Assembly: GCA_963823315.1 (NCBI GenBank)
Contig: CAWGLB010000011.1
Span: 70,698 to 134,697 of the forward strand
Length of the DNA: 64,000 nt
From: an uncultured Solirubrobacterales bacterium
GTDB lineage: Bacteria > Actinomycetota > Thermoleophilia > Solirubrobacterales > Solirubrobacteraceae
Reading direction: 5' to 3'
Shown piece after piece: positions 38,060 to 47,849 of the stretch. The position numbers and the translations under genes are program-made. The first letter of the stretch is position 1, and each line of letters begins with the position of its first letter. The notes under the pieces were generated by a model. That model was not told the DNA's origin. It ran no database searches and saw only the letters and a list, made by a program, of their open reading frames with translations.

Positions 38060-38069
38060 TTTGGATCCA
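38060..38069. promoter_or_regulatory. Candidate autoregulatory operator TTTGGATCCA
   Basis: Palindromic TGGATCCA about 20 nt upstream of the gntR start; repeated at 35929. Confidence 0.55.
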
Positions 38070-38203
38070 GGGGTCCATCCTGTCATATAGTTGCGCCTCG
38101 GCTTCTTCGGCGAAGGGCCCCGGAGCGGACCGGTGCGGAGATCAGCCGCCGCGCATCCTCTCCGGGGCGCGTTCGCGCTTCGCGGCTCATGGATAGGAGA
38201 GTT

Positions 38204-39718
38204 ATGACCGACGTGATATTGAAGGGTGGTCTGGTCGACGTAGGGAGCGGGGAGTTCGAGCGCACGGACTTGGCCATACAGGCGGGCCGCGTGACCGCGG
38301 TTGGGGGTGACGCGGCGGCCGACGCGACTGAGGTTCTCGACTGCACGAGGTTCGCGATCGTCCCGGGCATGATCAACGCCCACTGCCATTCCAACGAAAA
38401 CTGGTTTCGGGGACGGTGGGACAACTTGCCCCTGGAGCCGTGGATGTTGTTTTCGTATCCGGCGATTGCGGGGCCGGTGCAGAGCGCGCGCGAGACTTAC
38501 CTCCGGACCCTAATCGGGGGCCTCGACATGGTTCGTTCGGGTGCCACTTGCGCGGTGGACTTCCTCTACGAGATGGCCGGATTCACCGATGAGTCGCTGG
38601 CCGCGGTGACGCAGGCATACCGCGATCTCGGACTGCGCGCCCTGATCGTGCTCGGGATGGGCGACCGTGCCTACCACGAGACGGTCGTGCTCGACGAGGG
38701 CCTGGTCGAGCGGTCGCTGATCGAGCGGCTTGAAAAGGAAAGGCCACCGACATGGGAGGAATGGGAGGCATTCACCCGGAGCGCGGTCGAACGCTACCAC
38801 CGCCCCGACGAGGGGATCTCGATCGGGCTGGGGCCGTCGGGGCCGCAGCGCTGCACGGACCACTTCCTGCAGTCGTGCTCGGCGCTGGCGGACGAGCTCG
38901 ACCTTCAGATTCACATCCACGTACTGGAGACGCGGATGCAGGCCCTCAGCGGGCAGAAGATGTACGGCCGGACGTTGCCCGAGCACCTCCAGGCATTGGA
39001 GTTCCTTGGTCCGCGGGTCAACTTCGAACACGGGATCTGGCTGACCCAGGGGGACATCGAGCTGGTACGTGACTCCGGCACCACGATCGTCCACAACCCG
39101 ATCTCGAACATGAAGCTCGGAAGCGGGATCTGCCCCGTGCCGACCCTGCTCGGCCACGATGTCAACGTGGCCCTCGGAACCGACGGCATGTCCTCCAACG
39201 ACGGCAACGACATGTTCGCGGTGCTCAAGGTCGCCGGTTTGCTCCACAAGCTGTGGGACATCGACTACGAGCGCTGGCTCGGTGCGCAGGAAGCCTGGCG
39301 GATGGCCACCGCCGGCGGCGCCCAGGCCGCAGGCGACGCGGCGGGGCTGGGGCGGATAGAGACGGGCGCGCGCGCTGATCTCGTCCTGCTTGACCTCGAC
39401 AGCGCCGTGTTCACGCCGCTGGCGCGTCCGCTCCACCACGTCGTCTTCGGCTCGACCACGACCGCCGTCAGCAACGTGATGATCGGCGGCCGTTGGGTTC
39501 TGCGCGAGGGCAAGGTCACCGGCGTCGACGAGCCGGCCATCCTGGCGGAGATCCGCGAGGCGGCGAAGAGCGTGCTGAGCCGCCACGATGAAGCCTGGGA
39601 GATCGGCGATCAGCTGCTCGGTGGAGTCCGCGCCGGCTGGCTCGAGGCACTCGGTAGCGACGTGGGCGTCAACCGCTCGGTCCCGCTGGAGCGAGCCGGC
39701 GCGCTACCCGCGCGATGA
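38204..39718 (+). CDS. Metal-dependent amidohydrolase (AtzA/MtaD/8-oxoguanine deaminase-like)
   Basis: GMINAHCHS, GPSGPQRCT, IHIHVLET, EHGIWL, HNPISNMKLGSG, ALGTDG. Confidence 0.92.
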   Translation: MTDVILKGGLVDVGSGEFERTDLAIQAGRVTAVGGDAAADATEVLDCTRFAIVPGMINAHCHSNENWFRGRWDNLPLEPWMLFSYPAIAGPVQSARETYLRTLIGGLDMVRSGATCAVDFLYEMAGFTDESLAAVTQAYRDLGLRALIVLGMGDRAYHETVVLDEGLVERSLIERLEKERPPTWEEWEAFTRSAVERYHRPDEGISIGLGPSGPQRCTDHFLQSCSALADELDLQIHIHVLETRMQALSGQKMYGRTLPEHLQALEFLGPRVNFEHGIWLTQGDIELVRDSGTTIVHNPISNMKLGSGICPVPTLLGHDVNVALGTDGMSSNDGNDMFAVLKVAGLLHKLWDIDYERWLGAQEAWRMATAGGAQAAGDAAGLGRIETGARADLVLLDLDSAVFTPLARPLHHVVFGSTTTAVSNVMIGGRWVLREGKVTGVDEPAILAEIREAAKSVLSRHDEAWEIGDQLLGGVRAGWLEALGSDVGVNRSVPLERAGALPAR

Positions 39719-41070
39719 GCGAAGGCCGCCCGGGAGCAGCCGCAGCAGGGTCCGAGGTTCCCCGGGCCGACGCCGCTCGAATCGCCGCCGACATCGAGGC
39801 GTTGCGGGCCTTGACGCTGCCCGACCGGCCGTACACACGACGTGCCTTCACGCCGATCTACGCGCAGGCCCGCGAATGGCTGTCGGCCACGATGGCGGAC
39901 ACGGGCCTAGACCCCGAGATCGACGCGGGGGGCAACCTCGTTGGGCGCAGGTGCGGGCCCGATCGCGCTTCAGTCGTGCTCGGATCGCATATCGATACGG
40001 TTCCCGACGGGGGGGCTTATGACGGCGTGGCCGGCGTGGTGGCGGGGCTGGAGGTAGCCCGTCTGATCGAGCAGGCGGGCGTCGAGCTTCCCTTCCCGCT
40101 CGAGGTGATCGACTTCCTCAGCGAGGAGCCCAGCGACTTCGGCGTCTCCTGCATCGGCAGCCGGGCGATGGCGGGGCAGCTCTCAGAAGCCGATCTTGCC
40201 CGCACCGACGACGCGGGAACCTCGCTGCGGGAGGCCTTGCAAACGGTCGGTGGGCGTCCCGAGGAACTGGGCGCTCCGCTGCGCGCGCGCGGCTCGCTGC
40301 GCGCCTATCTGGAACTGCACATCGAGCAGGGGCCCGTCCTAGAACGGGCCGGCGCACCGGTCGCGATCGTCACCGGCATAGTCGGCATTCGCCGCTACGA
40401 GGTCAGACTCGCCGGGACTCCGGCACACGCCGGCACGACGCCGATGGATGCCCGCCACGACGCGCTCGCCGGCGCCGCGGAGCTGGTGCTTGCGGTCGAG
40501 CGCCTGGCTCGCGATCACCAGGACGGGGACGGGTTCGTGGGGACTGTGGGACACCTCGCCGTCACGCCCAATGCCGCAAACGTGGTCCCAGGGGAGGTCG
40601 CGGCGACGGTCGAGCTCCGCGCGCTTGACGATGAGTCGCTGGACCAAATCGAGAGCGAGCTGGAGGCGCGGGTCGCCGAGGCCGTCTCCCAGCGCGGCCT
40701 CGCGCTCAAGTTCACCGAAATCTCGCGCACTCCCCCCGTCGAGCTTGACCATGAGCTCCGCGCGATGCTCGCGCAGGCGGCGACCGCCGCCGGCGTTGAG
40801 GCTCTTCAGACCGTGAGCGGAGGCGGCCACGACGCGGGTCACGTGGCGGCCTTGGGTCCCGCCGCGATGGTGTTCGTCCCCTGCCGCCAGGGGCTTTCCC
40901 ACGCCCCCGCCGAGAGCGCTGATCCGAAGCACATCGCGGTAGGGACGGAGCTGATGCTGCAGGTCGTGCTTGGATTGGCCTCAAGGGGTGATTGTCCAGA
41001 TGGCTCCCGGCATGCTCCGGCGCAAAGGGCTCATGACCGCGCGCTCGGCCTCGGCGAGGCGGCGATCTGA
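39715..41070 (+). CDS. M20 Zn-dependent hydrolase (N-carbamoyl-L-amino-acid/allantoate amidohydrolase family)
   Basis: GSHIDTVPDGGAYDG, SEEP, ELHIEQGPVLE, HAGTTPM, SGGGHDA, LSH. Confidence 0.93.
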   Translation: MSEGRPGAAAAGSEVPRADAARIAADIEALRALTLPDRPYTRRAFTPIYAQAREWLSATMADTGLDPEIDAGGNLVGRRCGPDRASVVLGSHIDTVPDGGAYDGVAGVVAGLEVARLIEQAGVELPFPLEVIDFLSEEPSDFGVSCIGSRAMAGQLSEADLARTDDAGTSLREALQTVGGRPEELGAPLRARGSLRAYLELHIEQGPVLERAGAPVAIVTGIVGIRRYEVRLAGTPAHAGTTPMDARHDALAGAAELVLAVERLARDHQDGDGFVGTVGHLAVTPNAANVVPGEVAATVELRALDDESLDQIESELEARVAEAVSQRGLALKFTEISRTPPVELDHELRAMLAQAATAAGVEALQTVSGGGHDAGHVAALGPAAMVFVPCRQGLSHAPAESADPKHIAVGTELMLQVVLGLASRGDCPDGSRHAPAQRAHDRALGLGEAAI

Positions 41071-42959
41071 CGCGGGTAGCCGAGCTCGCGGAGCGCCTCG
41101 GCTATGTCCTCGAGCGTCGCAGGATCCTCGATCGTGGGCGGCGGCTGCGCGCGCTTGCCCTCCGCGAGCGAGCGCATCGTGCCACGCAGGACCTTGCCCG
41201 AGCGGGTCTTCGGCAGGCGCGGGACGACCTTCACGACCCTGAACGAGGCAACGGGGCCCACGCGCTCCCGCACCCGCTGCACCAGCTCCGCGCCGAGCTC
41301 GTCGCCGTACGCAGCTTCGCCCTCCTTGACCACCACGAACGCACCGGGGATCTCGCCCTTCAGCTCATCGGGCAGTCCCACGACGGCGCACTCGGCCACC
41401 GCCGGGTGAGCGGCGATCACCTCTTCGATGGCGCCGGTTGAGAGCCGGTGACCGGCGACGTTGATTACGTCGTCCACGCGGCCGAGGATCCATAGATAGC
41501 CGTCCTCGTCGAGGTAGCCGCCGTCCCCGGTCGCGTAGTAGCCGGGAAAGCGCTCGAGGTACGCCGCCACGAAGCCCGGGTCGTTGCGCCACAGGGTGAG
41601 CAGACTTCCCGGGGGGAGCGGCAGCCGCACGGCGATGTTGCCGGCCTCCCGCTCGGGCAGCTCTTGGCCCTCGTCGTCGAGAATGTGCACGTCGTAGCCG
41701 GGAGCGGGCCGCGTGACCGAGCCCGGCTTGACGGGCAGCTGCTCGATGCCCACCGGGTTCGCCGCGATCGACCAAGCCGTCTCGGTCTGCCACCAATGGT
41801 CGATGACCGGAACGCCGGTGAGCGATCGGACCCAGAGCAGCGTGTCGGCGTCGCAGCGCTCGCCCGCCACGAACAGCCTGCGCAGCGATGACATGTCGTG
41901 GCGCTTCGCCAGCAGCCCTTCGGGGTCGTCGCGCTTGATCGCCCGCAGCGCGGTCGGAGCGACGAACATCACGTTGACGCCGTGCTCGGCGATCACGCGC
42001 CAGAAGGCCCCAGCGTCGGGCGTGCCGGTCGGCTTGCCCTCGTACAACACGGTCGTGCAGCCGTGCAGGAGCGGCCCATACACGGTGTAGGAGTGGCCAA
42101 CCACCCACCCGATGTCAGATGCCGCCCAATAGACATCTCCCGCTCGCACCCCGTAGATCGCATCCATGCTGTAGTTGAGGGCCACCGCGTGGCCGCCGTT
42201 GTCGTGTACCACGCCCTTGGGCGCCGCGGTCGTGCCCGAGGTGTGAAGCACGTACAGGGGCGCCTCGGAGGGGACGGGCACCGGCTCCACCGGCTCGGCC
42301 CCCTCGAGCGCCTCCTCCCAGGTCAGATCGTGACCCTCCACGAGGCGCGCCGGCGCCTGCGGCCGCTGCAAGATCACGCACGATTCGGGCTGCGCGCGAG
42401 CCAGCTCGAGCGCCCCCTCCAGGAGCGGTTTGTACTCCACCACCCGCTGAGGTTCGATTCCACACGACGCGCTGACGATCAGCCGAGGCTCCACATCGTC
42501 GATCCGCGCCGCCAGCTCGGGCGCGCCGAAACCGCCGAACACGACGGCGTGGATGGCGCCAAGCCGCGCGCAGGCGAGCATCGCGACGACCGCCTCGGGC
42601 ACCATCGGCATGTAGATCACTACCCGGTCGCCGGTGTCGACGCCGAGCCGCCGCAGGGCACCGGCGAACCTGGAGACCAAGTCGCGCAGCTCGCCGTAGC
42701 TGAGGCTCCGGGAGCTCCCGGTGACCGGGCTGTCGTAGATCAGCGCGGGCTGATCACCCCGGCCCGCCTGGACATGGCGGTCGAGGGCGTTATGGCAGGT
42801 GTTGAGCATCCCGCCCGCGAACCAGCGGTAGAACGGCGGGTTGTCGTCGTCGAGCGCCCGCGTGGGCGGCCGCGTCCACTCGATCCCTTGCGCGATCTCG
42901 CCCCAGAACCGCTCTGGGTCGCGCAGCGATCGTGCATGTACTTCGGCGTAGGAGGCCAG
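41031..42959 (-). CDS. prpE: Propionate/acetate-CoA ligase (start uncertain; CTG 42959 is the nearest candidate)
   Basis: WFAGGMLNTCHNALDRH, HTSGTTAAPKG, ASDIGWVVGHSY, DHWWQTET, GRVDDVINVAGHRLST, LPKTRSGK. Confidence 0.88.
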   Translation of the reverse strand: MASYAEVHARSLRDPERFWGEIAQGIEWTRPPTRALDDDNPPFYRWFAGGMLNTCHNALDRHVQAGRGDQPALIYDSPVTGSSRSLSYGELRDLVSRFAGALRRLGVDTGDRVVIYMPMVPEAVVAMLACARLGAIHAVVFGGFGAPELAARIDDVEPRLIVSASCGIEPQRVVEYKPLLEGALELARAQPESCVILQRPQAPARLVEGHDLTWEEALEGAEPVEPVPVPSEAPLYVLHTSGTTAAPKGVVHDNGGHAVALNYSMDAIYGVRAGDVYWAASDIGWVVGHSYTVYGPLLHGCTTVLYEGKPTGTPDAGAFWRVIAEHGVNVMFVAPTALRAIKRDDPEGLLAKRHDMSSLRRLFVAGERCDADTLLWVRSLTGVPVIDHWWQTETAWSIAANPVGIEQLPVKPGSVTRPAPGYDVHILDDEGQELPEREAGNIAVRLPLPPGSLLTLWRNDPGFVAAYLERFPGYYATGDGGYLDEDGYLWILGRVDDVINVAGHRLSTGAIEEVIAAHPAVAECAVVGLPDELKGEIPGAFVVVKEGEAAYGDELGAELVQRVRERVGPVASFRVVKVVPRLPKTRSGKVLRGTMRSLAEGKRAQPPPTIEDPATLEDIAEALRELGYPRQIAASPRPSARS

Positions 42960-42967
42960 CGCCCGAC

Positions 42968-43360
42968 CTACCGCTTTTGCGGCACCTCGGCGACCTCGCC
43001 GCCGCGGCGCTTCCACTCGTCGAAGCCGCTTTCGAGGTGCGCCACGTCCTTGTAGCCGAGGCGATTGAGCGCGTCGGCGGCGAGCGCGGAGCGCAGCCCT
43101 CCGGCGCAGTAGAGGATCACACGGGCGTCCGGCTGCATGAAGTCCTTGTGGTATTCGCTCTCCGGGTCCGCCCAGAACTCGAGCATGCCCCGTGGCACGT
43201 GACGTGCGCCGGGGATGGTTCCCTCCCGCCACAGCTCACGGACATCCCTGACGTCGATCAGCAGGGCATCGCCTTGTTTGCGCTCGCTCTCCACCTGCTG
43301 CATCGAGAGGTTCTCGATGCGCGTCTTGGCGTCGTCCACCATTTCCCTGACGGTTGTCAT
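42968..43360 (-). CDS. Single-domain rhodanese/sulfurtransferase
   Basis: IDVRD, IPGARHVPRGMLEFWAD, active-site loop YCAGGLRS. Confidence 0.9.
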   Translation of the reverse strand: MTTVREMVDDAKTRIENLSMQQVESERKQGDALLIDVRDVRELWREGTIPGARHVPRGMLEFWADPESEYHKDFMQPDARVILYCAGGLRSALAADALNRLGYKDVAHLESGFDEWKRRGGEVAEVPQKR

Positions 43361-43367
43361 CTCGCTC

Positions 43368-44060
43368 CTAGTCCTCGACGATCCCGACGGCGCGCACCGG
43401 GGAACCGTATGCGGTCTCCAGCCTGAGCGGGAAACCATAGAACTCGAACCGCCGCCCGGCCACCTGAACGAGATTGTTGAGGTTCTCGTAGTGCGTGATC
43501 CGGTGCTTCGCGCATGCGCGGTGCGTGCGATAGTCGCCGTACTCGTAGACGAGGTCGGGGCTGATCGTCTCAACGCCAAAGATCTTCACGCCGCGGTCGG
43601 CCATCCAGGCAACGGTCTCGGGCGCGACCCCGCTGAAGCCGTCCAGGAATGCGGGCGTCCCGGCGGTCTGGTTGAAGTGGTCGGTGCAGAACAGCAGCAT
43701 GTCACCGGGCTCGAGCGCTGCCTGCGCCTTGCCGAGCGCGTCCTCCGCCTCGTCGGGCGTCACGTTGTGGCCCTTACCACCATATTCGCGCACATCGATG
43801 CACACGGCGGGGCCGCAGAAGGTCTCCAGCGGCATCTCCGCGATCGCTGCCGCGCCCGGAGTGCGGTCGTAATGGCCGAACGCGTCCACGTGCGTGGCGG
43901 CGTGGTTTGAGGTGATGATCAGCTCTGCGTTGAAAGACGGGTCCTCCGAGGCATAGTCGGCGTGGATCAGTTCCCGCACGATCTGGGGCGGGTTGAAGAA
44001 GGGGTGCACCTGCGTGCTGCGGTTGAGCGGCTGGCTTAGGTCGATGACTCTCCGTGGCAA
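43368..44060 (-). CDS. Cyclase-family hydrolase
   Basis: VIDLSQPL, NHAATHVDAFGH, GVETISPD, YENLNNL, GFPLRL..GSPVRAV. Confidence 0.92.
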   Translation of the reverse strand: MPRRVIDLSQPLNRSTQVHPFFNPPQIVRELIHADYASEDPSFNAELIITSNHAATHVDAFGHYDRTPGAAAIAEMPLETFCGPAVCIDVREYGGKGHNVTPDEAEDALGKAQAALEPGDMLLFCTDHFNQTAGTPAFLDGFSGVAPETVAWMADRGVKIFGVETISPDLVYEYGDYRTHRACAKHRITHYENLNNLVQVAGRRFEFYGFPLRLETAYGSPVRAVGIVED

Positions 44061-44148
44061 CTTGCCACCTCCCAGGTGAGACGGTCGGTGGGCGCCGACC
44101 CTACATGGCGGATCGAGCAGGCGCCATTTCTATAGCCTCCTGGAACCC

Positions 44149-45414
44149 ATGGCCTCGGCCACGATCGATCTCCGGCGCAGCGCCGAGCGGATCCGTACCG
44201 ATGTGGAGACGCTGGCAGGTCCCGACTTCACGCTCTCCTCGGAGGCGATCCGCCGCTACGCCTATACCGACGTCTACCGAGCCACGCTCGACTACTTCAC
44301 CGCTGCCTGGCGTGAGCTGGGCTTCACCGTCAGCGAGGACCCGGTCGGCAACCTGGTGGCGCGCAATCGCCCTGTGGGCGAGCCCGTGTTCGGGATCGGC
44401 TCGCACTGCGACTCGAACCGCAACGGCGGCAAGTGGGATGGGACGCTGGGGGTGGTGTGCGCGCTCGAGGTCTGCCGCGCCAGCGCCGAGCTGGGGCTCG
44501 ATCTGCCGCTGCAGGCGATCTCGTTCCTCGAGGAGGAGGGCTCGGGCTTCGGCCAGATGGTGTTCGGCAGCCGGATTGTGGCCGGCTGGGTGAGCGAGCA
44601 GGAGCTGCGCGAGGAGATCCGCGCGATCGACGACGGGCGCTCCTTCTGGGAGCACGCCACCGAGGCTGGCTATCACCCGGAGCGGTTCAGGGAGTGCGCG
44701 CACATCCTCGACGGCTTGAGCGGCTGGATCGAGCTACACATCGAGCAGGCCAGGGTGCTTCAGGACACCGGTCGGCGGGTGGGCGTGGTGAAGGCGATCG
44801 CGGGCTACGTCCACGGCGACATCACCGTGCAGGGACGGGCCGATCACGCCGGCGCGACGCCGATGGACATGCGCCGCGACAGCGCGGTGGTGGCCGCGGA
44901 GACGATCGTCGAGCTGGAGCGGCTGGCGCGCGCGGCGGGGTCTGGAACCGTGGGTACGGTGGGGGAGGTCGAGGTCGCGCCGGGTCTGATCAATGCGATC
45001 CCAGGGCGCACCCGGATCTCGCTCGACGTGCGCGGTCCGGATGACGATCGCGTCCACCAGGTGATCCGAGACGTCGAGCGCTTCGCCCAAGGAGTTGCCG
45101 CCGAGCGGGAGCTGACCGCCGCCTACAGCCAGCGGCAGACGGTGCCGGCCACGCCCCTGGACGAGCGCCTGGTCGCGGCCCTGGAGGCCGCCGCGCGCCA
45201 GACCGGGGAGCCGTTCACGACGATGGTCTCCGGCGCCGCCCACGACACCATGTGCGTGGCCGACCGCGTGCCGTCGGCGATGGTGTTCGTGCCCTGCCGG
45301 GATGGTCTCAGCCACACCCCCGAGGAGGACGCCGATCCCGACGACGCGGCTCTGGGGGTGCAGGTGATGCTCGGCGCGATCCAGTCGCTCGCTTCTCAGC
45401 CGGCGTCCGCCTGA
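44149..45414 (+). CDS. M20 Zn-dependent hydrolase (allantoate/N-carbamoyl amidohydrolase family)
   Basis: GSHCDSNRNGGKWDG, LEEEG, ELHIEQ, HAGATPM, SGAAHDT, LSH. Confidence 0.93.
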   Translation: MASATIDLRRSAERIRTDVETLAGPDFTLSSEAIRRYAYTDVYRATLDYFTAAWRELGFTVSEDPVGNLVARNRPVGEPVFGIGSHCDSNRNGGKWDGTLGVVCALEVCRASAELGLDLPLQAISFLEEEGSGFGQMVFGSRIVAGWVSEQELREEIRAIDDGRSFWEHATEAGYHPERFRECAHILDGLSGWIELHIEQARVLQDTGRRVGVVKAIAGYVHGDITVQGRADHAGATPMDMRRDSAVVAAETIVELERLARAAGSGTVGTVGEVEVAPGLINAIPGRTRISLDVRGPDDDRVHQVIRDVERFAQGVAAERELTAAYSQRQTVPATPLDERLVAALEAAARQTGEPFTTMVSGAAHDTMCVADRVPSAMVFVPCRDGLSHTPEEDADPDDAALGVQVMLGAIQSLASQPASA

Positions 45415-46214
45415 CGGCTTTCGCCCATATCGCGCAACACCTGCACGACCCGAGGGATAACCGCGTCGACGATCGCCCGGCCTGTCTCCAGCTTGGCTCG
45501 GGTGGCGTCCCCGATCACGCCGGATTCGGAGATGTCGCCGAGCATGTCCATCGGCACCACCACGCCGGGACCGCGATGCGTGAGGCCGTACTTGCCGAGC
45601 GAGGTCCAGGGGAGGCCCGCGTCTCTCACCGCCGCCCCGCGGTCATACGCGTCGCGCGCCGCGTGCTCCATCATCACCCGCTGCCCGAGCGCCATCGCGA
45701 CCGACGTTTCAGCCTCCTCGGCGTGGATCACCGGGCCCTCGATCGCGCCCACCACGTCGGCGGCTAGCTCCCACCACTGCAGCAGGAAGACACGCCGCCC
45801 GGTGGTCTCGAAGTAGCGGTTCACGGCGACGGTCAGCGCGGCGACGTTTCCGCCGTGGCCGTTGACCGCGATCACGTTGTCGAGCCCATGATGATGCAGC
45901 GACTCGCACACCTCCTCGAAGACGCGCAGAAACGTGTCGGTGCGCAGGCGCAGCGATCCCGGGAACTGCATGTGGTACCAGGACAGCGTCACGTTTAGCG
46001 TCGGCGCGATCAGCACGTCCAGCCCCGCGGCGGCTGCAGCTTCCGCCGCGCGGTCACACAGACCCCGCGCGATCACGCAGTCGGTGTCGAGCGGCATGTG
46101 TCTGCCGTGCTGCTCCGTGGTTCCGATGGGCAGGAGCACGGCGTCGACGCCCGCCCGCATGCGCTCCGCCACCTCCTCCCAGGTGAGCTTTTCCAGGAAT
46201 CGCTCTTGGGGCAT
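45396..46214 (-). CDS. Creatininase-family protein
   Basis: LPIGTTEQHGRHMPLDTD, FPGSL, NGHGGN, HAEEAETS, SGVIGD. Confidence 0.93.
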   Translation of the reverse strand: MPQERFLEKLTWEEVAERMRAGVDAVLLPIGTTEQHGRHMPLDTDCVIARGLCDRAAEAAAAAGLDVLIAPTLNVTLSWYHMQFPGSLRLRTDTFLRVFEEVCESLHHHGLDNVIAVNGHGGNVAALTVAVNRYFETTGRRVFLLQWWELAADVVGAIEGPVIHAEEAETSVAMALGQRVMMEHAARDAYDRGAAVRDAGLPWTSLGKYGLTHRGPGVVVPMDMLGDISESGVIGDATRAKLETGRAIVDAVIPRVVQVLRDMGESRQADAG

Positions 46215-46239
46215 GCTCTCCTCCTCTCGCGCTCGTGGG

Positions 46240-46389
46240 TCAGGTCTTGGCGATCGCCCGCACCGGGCTGCCGGTTTCGCCGAGCCACATGAGCGGATAG
46301 CCGGCGAACCAAAACTCGCCCTTGCCGAGGAGCTGATCGAGGTTGACCAGCCACTCGATGATGGTCCCGTTGCTGCTCTGGCTGGTCAT
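46240..46389 (-). pseudogene. 49-aa mini-ORF matching the C-terminus of a cyclase-family protein
   Basis: MTSQSSNGTIIEWLVNLDQLLGKGEFWFAGYPLMWLGETGSPVRAIAKT; its ATG overlaps the amidase TGA; aligns with the end of 43368-44060. Confidence 0.75.
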
Positions 46390-47810
46390 CGCGCGACTCC
46401 TTGGTTGTCATGTGCAAACTCGGGAGATGGCGCCTGGATATCTGGGGTCGCATCGAACAGCGCTTGGGCGACGGTGAGCACGCCCGCCTCGTCCCATGCC
46501 CGACCCGTGAGCTGTACGGCGGTGGGGATGCCCAAGGCGTCGAACCCGGCCCTGACGGTGCACGCGGGCAGTCCCGCCAGATCCTGCGGAGTCGTGTAGC
46601 TCATGACGAGCTCGCGGAACTCGATCTCCTCGCCGAGATGCAGCACGCGCTCGTGACCGATGCGAGCGGGGGAACCCGCCGTAACCGGCGTGATCAGCAC
46701 GTCGACCTGGCCGAAGAGCCGGTTGAAGCCAGCCCGCAGCGACTCTCTGCGCGCAGCGCCCTTCAGGTAGTCCTCGAGCGTCGTCGTGGTGGCGAGCTCG
46801 AGCCGGTCGAGGACATCGCTGCCGTACTCCGAGCGCCGTGCCGGAAAGAGCCCCGCCTCCGTATGCGTTCTCAGCGCCTCGCACCGCTGCAACCAGCCGA
46901 ATGCCTCATACGCGCCGGCCGCCTCCGGCAATGCCACCTCGACGAGCTCGGCGCCGAGGTCCACGAGCGCGTCGACGGCCGCTTCGTAGGCCATTTGCAC
47001 CTCGGGCGCAAGTGGCACGAGGTGCAGGTCCTGGCACAGCCCCACGCGCACGCCGGGCAAGCCGTCCGCGCGCGGGAGAGTCCTCGCAATCGCGCTGCCG
47101 GCGGGGCCCGGGTCGGCGACCACGCCGAGCAGGAGCGCGGCGTCGGCGGGGGTACGGGCCATCGTCCCGGGGTGGTCGAGCGAGCGGGCGAGCGGGAAGA
47201 GCCCCGCGCGAGCGATCCTCCCGTAGCTCGGCTTCAGGCCGACGGTGCCACAGAAGCTCGAGGGGACGCGGATCGATCCCCCCGTGTCGCTGCCGAGCGC
47301 CAGCGGGACCATCCCGGTGGCCAGCGCGACCGCCGAGCCGCCGCTCGAGCCGCCCGAGATGCGCTCGGGCGCCCAGGGATTGTGGGTCGTTCCCATGAGC
47401 TCATTGACCGAGGTGATTCCCCACGCGAACTCGTGCGTCTGGGTCTTGCCGACCACGATCGCGCCGGCCGCGCGGGCACGGCGCACGGCTTCGGCGTCCG
47501 CGGCCGGAACGTGGTCCGAGAACATCGGGGAGCCGTAGGTGGTCCTCACCTCGGCCGTGTCGAACAGATCCTTGACGCCGATGGGGAGCCCCGCCAGCGG
47601 CCCCGGTTCCGCGTCGCCCGCATAGGAGCTCTCCGCGCGCGCTGCCTCTTCACGGGCCCGGTTCAAGCACAGCGTGGTGAAGGCACCGAGCGCTGGGGCC
47701 AGCTCCTCGATCCTCGCGGCGTGCGCGGCGAGCGCTTCCACCGGGGAGAGTGTCCGTCGCCTGTAGGCCTCGAGCAGCTCGAGCGCGCTCAGCGACGTGA
47801 TCTCCTCCAC
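46386..47810 (-). CDS. Amidase-signature family amidase (GatA/AtzE-like)
   Basis: GVKDLFD, GKTQTHEFAWG, GGSSGGSA, GSDTGGSIRVPS. Confidence 0.93.
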   Translation of the reverse strand: MEEITSLSALELLEAYRRRTLSPVEALAAHAARIEELAPALGAFTTLCLNRAREEAARAESSYAGDAEPGPLAGLPIGVKDLFDTAEVRTTYGSPMFSDHVPAADAEAVRRARAAGAIVVGKTQTHEFAWGITSVNELMGTTHNPWAPERISGGSSGGSAVALATGMVPLALGSDTGGSIRVPSSFCGTVGLKPSYGRIARAGLFPLARSLDHPGTMARTPADAALLLGVVADPGPAGSAIARTLPRADGLPGVRVGLCQDLHLVPLAPEVQMAYEAAVDALVDLGAELVEVALPEAAGAYEAFGWLQRCEALRTHTEAGLFPARRSEYGSDVLDRLELATTTTLEDYLKGAARRESLRAGFNRLFGQVDVLITPVTAGSPARIGHERVLHLGEEIEFRELVMSYTTPQDLAGLPACTVRAGFDALGIPTAVQLTGRAWDEAGVLTVAQALFDATPDIQAPSPEFAHDNQGVAR

Positions 47811-47849
47811 CGCCTTGATTATGCCGGGGCCTTTGGGGAGGATGCCCGC

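Noticed and set aside
42960-43232. Extended N-terminus of the acyl-CoA ligase or a rhodanese-ligase fusion
   Set aside because: The extension is an alternative frame of the rhodanese gene, which has its own stop at 42968
46386-47810. gatA (Glu-tRNA amidotransferase subunit A)
   Set aside because: No gatB or gatC nearby and the context is catabolic, so it is treated as a generic amidase
46401-47849. Apparent long N-terminal extension or fusion on the CE4 deacetylase (768-aa ORF)
   Set aside because: It is the antisense of the amidase; a GTG start with RBS at 47850 explains the real gene
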